Positions 1-10,382 of a stretch of DNA of 64,000 nt are shown in pieces. A program made the position numbers and the translations under genes. Position 1 is the first letter of the stretch. Every line of letters starts with the position of its first letter. The stretch is from NCBI GenBank assembly GCA_963702845.1, contig OY969763.1, positions 928,001 through 992,000 of the forward strand. The letters are read 5' to 3'. Source of the stretch: an uncultured Verrucomicrobiae bacterium (GTDB taxonomy: Bacteria > Verrucomicrobiota > Verrucomicrobiia > Limisphaerales > Palsa-1400). The notes under the pieces are model-generated. The model did not search any database. It was not told the origin of the DNA and worked only from the letters and a program-made list of their open reading frames with translations.

Positions 1-2
1 CC

Positions 3-2010
3 GTTGCGAATAACGACGCTTATACACTCAACGAAGATACGTTCATCAGCATCGCCGCTCCTGGTATTCTGTCGAATGACACTGATGTAGACAACGACCC
101 GCTTCATGTGTCCGCAATCGTGACCGGCCCAGCGCATGGCAATCTTTCGGCGAATGCAGACGGCTCGTTCGTCTACACGCCCACCGCCGATTACAACGGC
201 ACGGACTCGTTTACTTACAAAGCAAATGACGGAACAGCCAACAGCGGTGTTGCGACGGTGACGCTCACGATCACTGCTGTCAATGACGCGCCAGTTGCCA
301 ACGACGATTTGTATTCCACCGGCGAAGATGTTCCGCTGCTCATTTCTGCTCCGGGCGTGCTCGCTAACGATAGCGACGTTGATGCCGATCCGATTACGGC
401 CATTCTCGTCTCCGGCCCATCTCACGGTCTCCTCACTCTCAATCCTGACGGAAGCTTCGCTTACACTCCGTCCTTGAACTACAACGGCCCGGACAGCTTT
501 ACATACAAAGCGAATGACGGCACCGCCGACAGCGTTGTCGCGACGGTCAACTTGTTTGTTTTGCCCGTCAATGACGCGCCGGTTGCCCAAAACGATTCCT
601 ACACAAGTGCTGAAGATACTCTGTTGAATGTCGCTGCACCTGGTGTGTTAGCCAACGACAGCGATGTCGACAGCGTCCTTTTGACAGCGAACGTCGTGAG
701 CGGTCCGTCACACGGAATATTGACGTTGAACCCGGATGGCAGTTTCAGTTACACGCCGAACGCCAATTATAACGGCTCCGATAGTTTCACTTACCAGGCC
801 AGCGATGGATTATTGAATAGCGCGACTGCAACAGTGAACATCACAGTTACTCCGGTGAACGATGCGCCGGTTGCTGCGAACGATTCGTATACGACTGCGG
901 AAGACACCACGTTGACAGTCATCGCTGCGTCCGGTGTTCTGATCAATGACACGGATGTCGAGGGCGAGGCTTTGACTGCGATCCTTGTTTCGAACCCATC
1001 GCATGGGTCGCTCACATTGAATGCGGACGGCAGCTTCACCTACACGCCTGCTGCTAATTATAATGGCTCGGACAGCTTCACATATAAACCGAATGACGGC
1101 ACCGCCGATGGCAATACCGCAACGGTGAGCATCAATGTGACTGCGGTGAATGACGCGCCGATCGCACAAAACGATTCGTACTCGGTCAATGAAGACACAC
1201 AGCTAATCGTATCGGCGCCAGGCGTATTGACTAACGACAGCGATGTGGATGGCAACTCTCTGACCGCAGGTGTTGTTACGAATCCGACCCACGGCACGTT
1301 GACACTGAATGGCGATGGCAGCTTCAACTATTCACCAAATGCTGATTACAACGGCACGGACAGCTTCACCTACCAGGCCACCGATGGTTCGCTCAATAGT
1401 TCCACCGCGACCGTGACCATCACGGTTAATTCGATCAACGATCCTCCGGTCGCCGTGAACGACGCTTACACTATGGCTGAAGATGGGACGCTTAATGGCA
1501 GCGTGCTCGCGAATGACACTGATGTTGACGGCAATCCTCTCACCGCCGTCCTCATTTCTGGTCCGTCGCACGGCTCGTTCACATTTAATAGCGACGGCAC
1601 CTTCGTCTACACACCCTTCGCCAACTATAACGGCCCAGACTCGTTTACTTACAAAGCGAATGACGGCCAGGCATTGAGTTCGACCGCGACTGTCAATATC
1701 ACCATCACTGCGGTCAACGATGCTCCAGTCGCCGTTGACGATAGCTACAGCATTACCTCCGGTTCCGTCCTAACGGTATCGGCGTCTGGTGTACTCGCGA
1801 ATGACACCGACGCAGACGGCGATCCTCTCCACGTATCGACTCTCGTGGTCGGGCCGGTCCATGGCACGTTAACGGGTTTGAATCCTGACGGCAGCTTCAC
1901 TTACACGCCCGCCGGAAATTACGTGGGCTCTGACAGCTTCACCTACACTGCCAACGATGGCACTGCGGACAGCTTGTCCGCGACCGTACACATCACCGTG
2001 AACGCAAACC
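3..2010 (+). repeat. Intragenic tandem repeats, ~290 bp x7 (cadherin-like domains)
   Basis: Recurrent NDAPVA, DxDxD and DSFTY motifs at ~290-nt spacing; the DNA copies are diverged. Confidence 0.9.
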
Positions 2011-2582
2011 CAGTGCCGACATTCGGTATCCTTTCTGGCGCAATTACATTGAATGGTCAAACTGGTCTGTTTGAACAACGTGTCACGATCACGAACACCG
2101 GGTCCATAACGGTGCCGGCTTTACGCGTTACCGTTTCCGGCCTGAATACGAACGTGACCGTTTACAACGCGACCGCTAAGAGCAACGGAATCCCATACGT
2201 GCACTACAACGCGCCGTTGGACCCAAATCAAACCATCACCCTGATTCTGGAATTTTATAATCCGAAACGGACCGCGTTTACCGATTCTTTGGCGGTGTTA
2301 GCTGACACAATCACAACCACCGGAACAAATGGCGCTACCGGCGTTCACATTACCGGCATCTATCACGACACGACCGGCCGCATCTTCATCGAGTTTCCCT
2401 CGACCGTTGGTCGCACTTACATGATCACTTACAGTGACGACTTGAACACCTGGAAAATCGCCACTCCATCCATTACTGCCGGCTCGACCCTCACACAATG
2501 GTACGATGATGGTGCGCCGAAAACCGAAACCATGCCTGCTGCTCGCAGCTATCAGGCGATACTCGTCCCGACAACACCGTGA
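3..2582 (+). CDS. Large surface adhesin-like protein with tandem cadherin-like/Ig (Big_9, tandem-95) repeats; 5'-truncated by the window edge
   Basis: Frame is open from position 3 (VANNDAYTLNEDT...). Seven ~97-aa units (VNDAPVAxNDxY...GVLxNDxDxDG...HGxLTLNxDGSFxYTPxxNYNGxDSFTY), then a non-repeat beta domain and a short C-terminal module. Confidence 0.9.
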   Translation, partial: VANNDAYTLNEDTFISIAAPGILSNDTDVDNDPLHVSAIVTGPAHGNLSANADGSFVYTPTADYNGTDSFTYKANDGTANSGVATVTLTITAVNDAPVANDDLYSTGEDVPLLISAPGVLANDSDVDADPITAILVSGPSHGLLTLNPDGSFAYTPSLNYNGPDSFTYKANDGTADSVVATVNLFVLPVNDAPVAQNDSYTSAEDTLLNVAAPGVLANDSDVDSVLLTANVVSGPSHGILTLNPDGSFSYTPNANYNGSDSFTYQASDGLLNSATATVNITVTPVNDAPVAANDSYTTAEDTTLTVIAASGVLINDTDVEGEALTAILVSNPSHGSLTLNADGSFTYTPAANYNGSDSFTYKPNDGTADGNTATVSINVTAVNDAPIAQNDSYSVNEDTQLIVSAPGVLTNDSDVDGNSLTAGVVTNPTHGTLTLNGDGSFNYSPNADYNGTDSFTYQATDGSLNSSTATVTITVNSINDPPVAVNDAYTMAEDGTLNGSVLANDTDVDGNPLTAVLISGPSHGSFTFNSDGTFVYTPFANYNGPDSFTYKANDGQALSSTATVNITITAVNDAPVAVDDSYSITSGSVLTVSASGVLANDTDADGDPLHVSTLVVGPVHGTLTGLNPDGSFTYTPAGNYVGSDSFTYTANDGTADSLSATVHITVNANPVPTFGILSGAITLNGQTGLFEQRVTITNTGSITVPALRVTVSGLNTNVTVYNATAKSNGIPYVHYNAPLDPNQTITLILEFYNPKRTAFTDSLAVLADTITTTGTNGATGVHITGIYHDTTGRIFIEFPSTVGRTYMITYSDDLNTWKIATPSITAGSTLTQWYDDGAPKTETMPAARSYQAILVPTTP

Positions 2583-3679
2583 ACACGCATAAAACCAATC
2601 ATAAAGGCAGGGCTCGTCTGCGAGCCGTGTTATTGAGCAAATACGCCCTGACCGGCGTGGCTATTCTTGCCGCGCTTCCATTGGCCGTTCACGCCGACGA
2701 AGACTGTTGCGCTCAGCCGCACGACCTCAATTCGTTCAGCTTTTCCGCGCGCCTGGGCTTTAATATTTCTTCAAGGTTCAAAAATCCGGGCCACATCGCT
2801 TTTAGCAATACCCGTCAAACGCCTGACGGATTGAAATACAATTACGACGACGGCTACGTTTTGACTGACGTCAGCGACAATGCTGGAGGGTTTACGTCTA
2901 ACTGGGGATTTGATAACGCCAGCCAGGTAAGTCCTCCGGCCACTCCCAATAATCATCTCGCGCTTAGTCGTACGACTTCAGCCGACAGCATGGCATCGCC
3001 TTGGCAAAACGCCGATCCGGCTATTGGTGGTGAATTGGTTTATCGTCGTGAGATTGGTGTCATTCCAAAACTCCGCGATATGCGGTGGGGTTTTGAATTG
3101 GCGGGCAGCCTCGTGAATTTCTCCGCCAACGATCACCGTTCTTTCAACGGTCAGGTGACGCGTCAAACCGACACTTATGTTCCGTTCCCTGACACGATGA
3201 TTACTGATCCGCGCCAGGGGACATTTATGGGGCCGGGCCAGTTATTGAATGACACTCCTATTTCCACCGCTTTTGGCTCTGCTCCAGCTACCATCTCTGG
3301 GAACAGAAAGATTGATACCGACATGTGGGGATTTCGCGTTGGACCGTATGCCGAACTGCCCGTGACTGACTGCCTGAATCTTTCACTCTCCGGCGGTTTT
3401 GCGGGAGCGCTGTTGGATGTTGGCGCTTCGTGGAATGAAACGTTATCAGTCGGCAGTTCCCAATACCGATTCTCGGGCAGCGGACACGATTCGGCTTGGC
3501 GCATGGGCTATTACATATCCGCAGGTGCCGACTACCAATTCGCGGATAAGTGGAGCCTGGTAGGCAGCGTCCAATATCAAAGTCTTTCCGACTACGAACA
3601 CGCGATTTCCGGCCGCACAGTGGACATTAATCTTAGCGAGACGATCTTTGTCACGCTCGGCGTCAGCTATCACTTTTAG
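2579..3679 (+). CDS. Putative outer-membrane beta-barrel protein (about 8 strands, long extracellular loops)
   Basis: Signal peptide ending AVHA; amphipathic strands (FSFSARLGFN, GGELVYRR, WGFELAGS, WGFRVGPY, LSLSGGFA, GYYISAGADYQF, WSLVGSVQY); C-terminal BAM-type VTLGVSYHF; GTGA overlap with the upstream gene. Confidence 0.75.
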   Translation: MNTHKTNHKGRARLRAVLLSKYALTGVAILAALPLAVHADEDCCAQPHDLNSFSFSARLGFNISSRFKNPGHIAFSNTRQTPDGLKYNYDDGYVLTDVSDNAGGFTSNWGFDNASQVSPPATPNNHLALSRTTSADSMASPWQNADPAIGGELVYRREIGVIPKLRDMRWGFELAGSLVNFSANDHRSFNGQVTRQTDTYVPFPDTMITDPRQGTFMGPGQLLNDTPISTAFGSAPATISGNRKIDTDMWGFRVGPYAELPVTDCLNLSLSGGFAGALLDVGASWNETLSVGSSQYRFSGSGHDSAWRMGYYISAGADYQFADKWSLVGSVQYQSLSDYEHAISGRTVDINLSETIFVTLGVSYHF

Positions 3680-3765
3680 TTCATCGAACTTTTGTTTAAG
3701 CCCGAACATGACGCGACCTTCTCGGACCGTCTGAGTGTGCGCAATAAAGCGCCACTCGGCCGCAA

Positions 3766-6700
3766 TTACTGAAGTAGGTACACACCAAACCAGCTTTGAC
3801 TGTTCGGAGTCGCTCCAGAAACCTCGAACGTAACGGGCGTGCCGGGGGCCACCAGTGATCCATCCACCGTTAACGTCATGATGCCGTTGCTCTCATGAGC
3901 GCCGTCCTCCATGGTGAGATAGCTCACGCCAACTTTTCCGTCAGCGGAGTGCCATTCCTGCGGGTGTAGCGCGGTGGTAAAGTGAACCGTGTTTATCCCA
4001 TTAACTCGAATACTAAACGATCCTGCCGAACCGGCATTCGCGCCCATGCTCACGGGCAATCGGAAGTCATACGACCCGTTCGCCTTTGCTTCGGCCCTTG
4101 GTGGTTCAGTTTCCCATGTTAAGACAGACTTTCCTTCTGATTGTCCGCACGTTGCCAACTTCAACTCGCCCATCCAGCTTTGATGCGGTTGTTCGTCACC
4201 GGCTTTGAGGACTTTCGCGAGTCCATTTTTACCAGCGGCTAAAAACTTTTTTCTCGACGCTTCTGCCTGTTCCGCCGTCGTTGCTCCATATGGATGGGGA
4301 GCGCTGTTCAAGTAAGCGATTAAATTCGAGAGGTCTTGCGGGTTCATGTTTTGCTCCAATCCTTCGGGCATGAGCGATCGCCCCGACGCCCGAATTTCTT
4401 CCACATCGCTGCGCAGAATTGTTTCTATATTTCCGCCGGCCAGCGCGACTGTCATCGTCGTTGCTGTTTCCGTTTTCATGATGCCGGTGATGGAACGCCC
4501 GTCCTTCGTCTCGATATTGTAAGCGGTGAAACGTGGTTCCACCGCGTCGTTCGGATCTAAAATTGCCACGAGAAAATCCTCAGGTGTTTTGTCCGTCAAC
4601 GCTGCGAGATTGGGTCCGACCGTCGCGCCCTCGCCGCGGAAATAATGACAGACGACGCAATTCTTCGCCCACATCGCGCGACCTTTCAACGGGTCACCCG
4701 CCAAGGTTAAAGCAACACGATACTTTTTAATTATAGCCGCGCGATCTGATGAATCCGTTTTCCAAATCGCTTGCGCTTGTTGTTGAATATCCTTGTTCGC
4801 ACTCTTCAAAAGCAGTTGGCGATTCGCCAGCGGCAGTTGGTTACGATTGACGGTGCCACCTTGCATCGCGATCAGTAATTGTTTGGTCCACTCCTCGCGA
4901 CTGAGCAACAGTTCGAGACCGGCTTGCCGCAAGGTAGGGCTCATGGTGCTCCAATGCGATATCACCAGGTCCGGCACCTGCACGGTGCGATTGCGCTTGA
5001 GCGCCGCCAGCGCTGCCTTTTGCAATCGAAGTGAAACCGATGGTTCGAGCAGGTCGCCGATGATTTTTAAGTCTGCATCTTCTTTACCAATGCGCCGCCC
5101 GAGCAGGTGAACCGCCGACTCACGCAACGGCTCGCTGGCCTTCGCATCCGTAGACAGTTTCTCGGCCCAATCAAAAACAACATTCAGCCGGGAATTCAAA
5201 GTCGGTTTGTCATGCGCGGCTTGCGCTAATGTCACATTCTTCCGCTCCAAACCATCCATCAAACTGCTCAACGCGCCCAGTTGCCATGACTCCAGGTGTT
5301 GAGCATCGCCGGGGGTGACGGTGGTAATCAAACTTTCAAGCGACTCGCCGTTCCCTTCACCGGCCGCAGTTGCGATAAGCTCGCTGATCAACTCGGAGCG
5401 GTGTGGCGCTGACGCCGGCGTTTCAAAAACTGAGTGGAGTACATCTGCCGGCATTCGTATCGAAGAACTCAATACCGCGGCCCGCATCCATTGATCGTTC
5501 ATGTCGCGCACCAGCAACTTACCGAGCGCAGTGCCGACATTCGCATTAGTCCACTCGCCTAACGTGAGCGCCAGTTGGTAGCGCACGATAATTTCAGAGT
5601 CATCGACCAGCTTCAATATTGTATCTGCAATTGCACGTGAACCTCCATTGCTCGCGAAGTGTTCGCTTAAGCGAATCGCGTTGGCGCGGACCTGCGGGTC
5701 TTTATCACCGAGCGCGCGTACGACGGCGTTTTCACTCAGTTTTCCGAGTCCATCCGCAACACAAAGCGCCTGCAATCGCACCGTTGGCAATTGGCTCCTG
5801 CTCGCAAGACGTTCCAATGTTTGCACCGACTTCGAATCCACCACCCGCAATTTCGATTTGGGATTGGTCGGGAAGACCATCTCTTGATGAATCCGATCGC
5901 GCTCGGTGCCGTTTGCGGTATCGAGCATCGCCGCCAATTTGCTCATCGGCACTTTTGTCAGGTCAGGAACCGGACGAAGCTTCGCACCTTTGGCCACAAC
6001 GCGATAAATGCGACCCATATCATCTCCGGCGCGCACGTCGAGTTTTGAAAGTCGATCCGGTGGAATCCAACGTGGATGCTCAATCACAAACCGATACATG
6101 TCGGCAACCCAGATCGCACCATCAGGTCCAGTGCGCACCTGCACTGGTCGAGACCAATTGTCCTTCGACGACAAAAACTCGGACTCAGATTCCTCCGGCG
6201 CGCGAACAGCAGTAAACGTGGCGCTGTTCGTCTTCAGCACCATGCGATGCACAAGATTGTGTACCGGTTCGCACAAGAACGCGTTGTCATAGAGATCGGC
6301 GCCATCGAGTGTGTCGCGGTAAATCCCGATGCCGCAGCCGGACGTCACGCGATTGAGGGACCCGGGATTATTAAAACGCTCCAGTGGCTGGCTTGTCGGA
6401 TACAACAAATTGCTGTCTGGACCGGCCGCAATTGCAACGCGTGGATTCGGCGCAATCACATATGGGTTGCGGCGCAAATAATGATCTGCAATCGGATAGT
6501 GCCAGGCCGCCGTGCTGTTATCGCAACCGAACCAATTTCCCCAATCGTCGCGCACACGACCTTGTTGCGTCAGTCCGGATTCAGGTTCAAACGCGCCAGT
6601 ATCCGGGTTGATTCGAAAATCGCGTCCACGAATATCAACATCAATGGGCCGCAAGTTCGAATCGTTTACGGCCGTCGACTCACCGCGGATCACTCCGCCG

Positions 6701-7263
6701 AGCAAACCGTTTGCGCCATAGATCCAGTTGTCCAAACCAAGCGTGAGACTGTTAACGCGCGCTTGGTAGTTATTCGTTTCAAACCCGCGGAACATTTTGC
6801 GCACTACGTCGGCCTTGCCATCACCGTCGCTGTCCTCCGCGTACAAAATATTTGGAGCAGCGCAAACCAGCGCGCCCTTGCGCCAGGCGGTCACGCCGGT
6901 TGCAAAAGGAAGATTATCGAGAAACACCGTCCCTTTGTCGTATTTGCCATCACCATCGGAGTCTTCCAGCACTTTGATGCGACTGCCGGGTTTCCAATTT
7001 CCATCTATGCCCATTGGATAATCGCGCATTTCCACCACCCACAGCTTCCCATCAGCTCCCCAGTCGAACGCCACTGGATCAACCACGAGCGGTTCCGCGA
7101 CGACCAATTGCACTTCCAAGCCAGCGCGAACTGTCATTGCCGCAATCGATTCAGCCGGGGACTTTGGCGGAATTGACTCCGTTTTCGCCGCATCAACAGC
7201 TCCAAAAAGTGCGATGCTCGACAAACCAATGACCGATGCAACTAACCGGCTCAGGAAATTCAT
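3766..7263 (-). CDS. PVC-type heme-binding CxxCH protein (membrane-bound dehydrogenase-like beta-propeller, HEAT repeats, cytochrome c, extra C-terminal domain)
   Basis: VAEPLVVDPVAFDWGADGKLWVVEMRDYP; RPV..RTGPDGAIWVADMYR..IEHP; CVVCH; GPNL; SLMPEGLE. Start placed at MNFLSRL (signal peptide). Confidence 0.9.
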   Translation of the reverse strand: MNFLSRLVASVIGLSSIALFGAVDAAKTESIPPKSPAESIAAMTVRAGLEVQLVVAEPLVVDPVAFDWGADGKLWVVEMRDYPMGIDGNWKPGSRIKVLEDSDGDGKYDKGTVFLDNLPFATGVTAWRKGALVCAAPNILYAEDSDGDGKADVVRKMFRGFETNNYQARVNSLTLGLDNWIYGANGLLGGVIRGESTAVNDSNLRPIDVDIRGRDFRINPDTGAFEPESGLTQQGRVRDDWGNWFGCDNSTAAWHYPIADHYLRRNPYVIAPNPRVAIAAGPDSNLLYPTSQPLERFNNPGSLNRVTSGCGIGIYRDTLDGADLYDNAFLCEPVHNLVHRMVLKTNSATFTAVRAPEESESEFLSSKDNWSRPVQVRTGPDGAIWVADMYRFVIEHPRWIPPDRLSKLDVRAGDDMGRIYRVVAKGAKLRPVPDLTKVPMSKLAAMLDTANGTERDRIHQEMVFPTNPKSKLRVVDSKSVQTLERLASRSQLPTVRLQALCVADGLGKLSENAVVRALGDKDPQVRANAIRLSEHFASNGGSRAIADTILKLVDDSEIIVRYQLALTLGEWTNANVGTALGKLLVRDMNDQWMRAAVLSSSIRMPADVLHSVFETPASAPHRSELISELIATAAGEGNGESLESLITTVTPGDAQHLESWQLGALSSLMDGLERKNVTLAQAAHDKPTLNSRLNVVFDWAEKLSTDAKASEPLRESAVHLLGRRIGKEDADLKIIGDLLEPSVSLRLQKAALAALKRNRTVQVPDLVISHWSTMSPTLRQAGLELLLSREEWTKQLLIAMQGGTVNRNQLPLANRQLLLKSANKDIQQQAQAIWKTDSSDRAAIIKKYRVALTLAGDPLKGRAMWAKNCVVCHYFRGEGATVGPNLAALTDKTPEDFLVAILDPNDAVEPRFTAYNIETKDGRSITGIMKTETATTMTVALAGGNIETILRSDVEEIRASGRSLMPEGLEQNMNPQDLSNLIAYLNSAPHPYGATTAEQAEASRKKFLAAGKNGLAKVLKAGDEQPHQSWMGELKLATCGQSEGKSVLTWETEPPRAEAKANGSYDFRLPVSMGANAGSAGSFSIRVNGINTVHFTTALHPQEWHSADGKVGVSYLTMEDGAHESNGIMTLTVDGSLVAPGTPVTFEVSGATPNSQSWFGVYLLQ

Positions 7264-7359
7264 AGAGAGTGAGACGCGGTCAACGTCACAAAACTTCAAA
7301 GAAGTGTCGAGCGGGAAGTTCGCAATTGTTGATAGCGAAAATATTGCTGTCGGACTGGT

Positions 7360-9189
7360 CTACGAAACCACCGTTTTAATTACTGGCGGCCCGACAATCA
7401 TTGGTGCCATACCGTTGGTCGCCTGCTCGCGAAAATTGTTATAAAGCTTCCGCCGTGCCCACGTGATGAAGGCAGCGTCTGTCGCCACTTTGAGTACACT
7501 GGTAACTCCCATACTGATCAATGGAAACCACATCACGTTCCCTGTAAAACTGCCCCGAAACGTCGGTATAAACATTAGCATGGTTGCGATTCCGCCCACG
7601 AAGCTGATGACAAACCATGGAATCACCAGCACAAACGACAGCGTTTTTAGAATCGCAATATTTGCGCTTTTCGTTGTCATGCCTATCCACGCACCGAACC
7701 AGCTTATCGCCGCTAAATTCGTTGCATAAGTAATCACACCTGCAATCGCCATCGCGATTGTCATGGCTAAGGATATATCTGGCACGGTGATTCCAGCGGG
7801 TGTGACCGTCATGGTTATATTCGTGCTGGTTGTCGTCGCTGTGCTGGCATTCGTTTGTGGAAGCAGACCGACCGTATTTGTGTTCCCTTGATTCGTTGCT
7901 TTGTTCTTGTTCAGTTGAGCTAATCGGGCCTGTGAGGCTGCTACCGATTTCCCGAGTCCGGCATAAGTTCGATGCTGTGTTATCGGCGTGATCAAGAGTT
8001 GCACCGCAAACATCAGCAACAAGGGCCCCCCGAACGTCTTCAGAAATGCTTGCCAATTCCCGTGTACGATTTCGCGCACGCTCAACGGTGTGGCCAATAA
8101 TAGTTCCAGGAACCCGCTACGCTGCGCCTCCACAAAAAGGCGCGTCGCCTGCGACGCTGTCCAGACGTAAACAAAAAGCCAGATCAACCCTTGCAGATAA
8201 CCCAGCAGCATCGTGAGTACAAATTTGGTCGAGCTATTTTCTTGCCACCCGAACAACAGCGCTAATTGAAGTCCGATGCCGATCACAACCGCCACCCACA
8301 ACCACCGCCCCTGCCAACGTTCGCGCGATGCCAACCAAAAGATAGGATTACGGTCGAGTGTCTTACGACGAGACGTTGCTCGAGACGTCGCGCTGCCGTA
8401 GCTCCAAAATAGGCCCCATCGACGTTTGGCACCGCTGGTCACGCGGACGCTCTCTTGCCAAGAACGGGGCAGGGTGATGCACGTCCAAGCCAACAGCCCC
8501 CAAGCGATACCCTGGCAAATCGCCAATCCCATCCAGAACTCACCTCTGCCCCCTTGCGCCGTCGTGAAAACATAAATTGGACTGGTGACGCTGAAATACT
8601 GTTGGTAGAGACCCATCATCTGATCCAGGACTGGTCCCCCGGCTACAAGCAGAAGCAATACACAAAACGTTGCTGCCAACGCTTTCTGCGAATGGCGACT
8701 TCGTGCCGAGACAAAAATGCCGGCCACAAGCGAACAAAAGAGGGCGTTGGATAAAGCGAGGTTGGTCTTCCAGAATTGCTCGCCAGTGACGCCGCCCATC
8801 AACATGATCATCGCCAGCACCGGGAAAATCGCCAATAACCCGTAGAATGATCGCAGCGACTGCGACAACAGTTTCGCTCCAACAACATCGCGTCCGCGCA
8901 AATCTGTGAGGAACAACAAACCGATCGTTCCCTCGCGCTTCTCTTCACTCAAACAATCGGCCGTGAAGAATAAGCCACAGAACAACGCAGCAAAAAATCC
9001 CAGCCATCCAAGAACGCTGAAAAGTGTCCCGCCAACGTTCGCCATGCTCGTGCCCGCTATTTTGTAAAACAGCAGTACCATGCTGCCGATGATCACGGCA
9101 ATAATAGCCGCGACAACACGGAACCAGAACGTGCTGCGCTTGCGCGCAGCAACGCGCAACTCGCGTTCAAGTACCGGTAGGAAGGTCAA
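7360..9189 (-). CDS. ABC-2-type permease-like membrane protein (two repeated permease modules)
   Basis: MTFLPVLERELRVAAR; SEEKREGTIGLLFLTDL; second module SGFLELLLATPLS; many TM helices. Confidence 0.8.
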   Translation of the reverse strand: MTFLPVLERELRVAARKRSTFWFRVVAAIIAVIIGSMVLLFYKIAGTSMANVGGTLFSVLGWLGFFAALFCGLFFTADCLSEEKREGTIGLLFLTDLRGRDVVGAKLLSQSLRSFYGLLAIFPVLAMIMLMGGVTGEQFWKTNLALSNALFCSLVAGIFVSARSRHSQKALAATFCVLLLLVAGGPVLDQMMGLYQQYFSVTSPIYVFTTAQGGRGEFWMGLAICQGIAWGLLAWTCITLPRSWQESVRVTSGAKRRWGLFWSYGSATSRATSRRKTLDRNPIFWLASRERWQGRWLWVAVVIGIGLQLALLFGWQENSSTKFVLTMLLGYLQGLIWLFVYVWTASQATRLFVEAQRSGFLELLLATPLSVREIVHGNWQAFLKTFGGPLLLMFAVQLLITPITQHRTYAGLGKSVAASQARLAQLNKNKATNQGNTNTVGLLPQTNASTATTTSTNITMTVTPAGITVPDISLAMTIAMAIAGVITYATNLAAISWFGAWIGMTTKSANIAILKTLSFVLVIPWFVISFVGGIATMLMFIPTFRGSFTGNVMWFPLISMGVTSVLKVATDAAFITWARRKLYNNFREQATNGMAPMIVGPPVIKTVVS

Positions 9190-9242
9190 TCGGGCCTACC
9201 GTATTTGTGACGCTTAGCTAAAGTCAAGTCGCCGATCGCCTG

Positions 9243-10343
9243 TCAGTCATTGCGGACAAACATCTTCCCGGGCAACTGGCGGATGATTCGTTTCATCTCC
9301 AAACCGAGCAACGTCACTGACACAGTCGAAGCAGCGAGCCCGCTTTGGCGAATCACGTCATCGATGCCCTTGGATTCTTTGTCGATGAGGTCATAGACCT
9401 TCTGCTCGTTTTCGCTCAGCGCAAACGCCGGCAGTTCATCTTGCCCTTGCTTCGGTCGATTGCTGCTCGGGAACAGGTATTCGAATTCCGTGAGAATATC
9501 CTCCGCCGACTCGCAAAGTTTCGCGCCTTTTTTGATTAAGTCGTGACAACCTTTGCTGCGCGGCGAATCGATCCGACCCGGCACTGCAAAAACCTGGCGG
9601 CCGTTTTCCACAGCCATCCCGGCGGTGATCAACGCGCCACTTGTTAAATTTGCTTCGACGACCACCGTTCCCAGCGTCATGCCCGCGACGATCCGGTTGC
9701 GAATCGGAAAGGTCTGTTTATCGCCCGGGCGATTAAACGGAAACTGCGAGATGACCGCGCCAGTGGCCGCAATGCGTTCGAACAATTCCGCGTTTTCGGA
9801 CGGGAATACCAGATTGATTCCGGTACCGAGCACGGCGATCGTGCGGCCCTTCGCGTTCAATGCACCTTGATGCGCCGCTGTGTCGATGCCGCGCGCACCG
9901 CCGCTCACGACCGTCACGCCGATATATGCGAGCTGATACGAAAGCTTGCGCGCGATTTCGATGCCGTAATGCGTCGTCATTCGCGACCCGACCATCGCAA
10001 TCGAGTTCTTGTCCTTCGCCAGCAAATTGCCTTTGACGTAAAGCACGATCGGCGGGTCGTAGATCTGCTTGAGCAACTCCGGATAATTCTCGTCGGTTTG
10101 AATGACGATTTTGCACCCGAACTGCTCGATCCGTTTCAGTTCGCCCGCGAGATCGACGGTCTTTTGCCAATTGGCAACGGCATCGCCGATTTCCGGTCCG
10201 ATCCCGTAAACCCGTTCGAGTTGAGATTGGCTTGCGCTGAGAATGGCCGGGGAATCACCAAACTGCTCGAGCAGTTGCCGCACGCGCACCGGTCCGATCC
10301 CTTCAATCATGTTCAACGCAATAAACGCTTCCCGCGAATCCAT
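9243..10343 (-). CDS. dprA: DNA-processing protein DprA
   Basis: YPELLKQIYDPPIVLYVKG; VGSR; VSGGARGIDTAAH; FPIRNRIVAG; VVEA..SGALITA; C-terminal winged helix. Confidence 0.97.
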   Translation of the reverse strand: MDSREAFIALNMIEGIGPVRVRQLLEQFGDSPAILSASQSQLERVYGIGPEIGDAVANWQKTVDLAGELKRIEQFGCKIVIQTDENYPELLKQIYDPPIVLYVKGNLLAKDKNSIAMVGSRMTTHYGIEIARKLSYQLAYIGVTVVSGGARGIDTAAHQGALNAKGRTIAVLGTGINLVFPSENAELFERIAATGAVISQFPFNRPGDKQTFPIRNRIVAGMTLGTVVVEANLTSGALITAGMAVENGRQVFAVPGRIDSPRSKGCHDLIKKGAKLCESAEDILTEFEYLFPSSNRPKQGQDELPAFALSENEQKVYDLIDKESKGIDDVIRQSGLAASTVSVTLLGLEMKRIIRQLPGKMFVRND

Positions 10344-10382
10344 GGCGCAGAGCTAATCCGGTTTTATTGACAGGGGCAAGCG

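Noticed and set aside
6076..7176. Long antisense ORFs (e.g. 6076-7176, 33699-34442, 59434-60171, 61899-62573)
   Set aside because: They shadow well-supported genes on the opposite strand and show no recognisable motifs.
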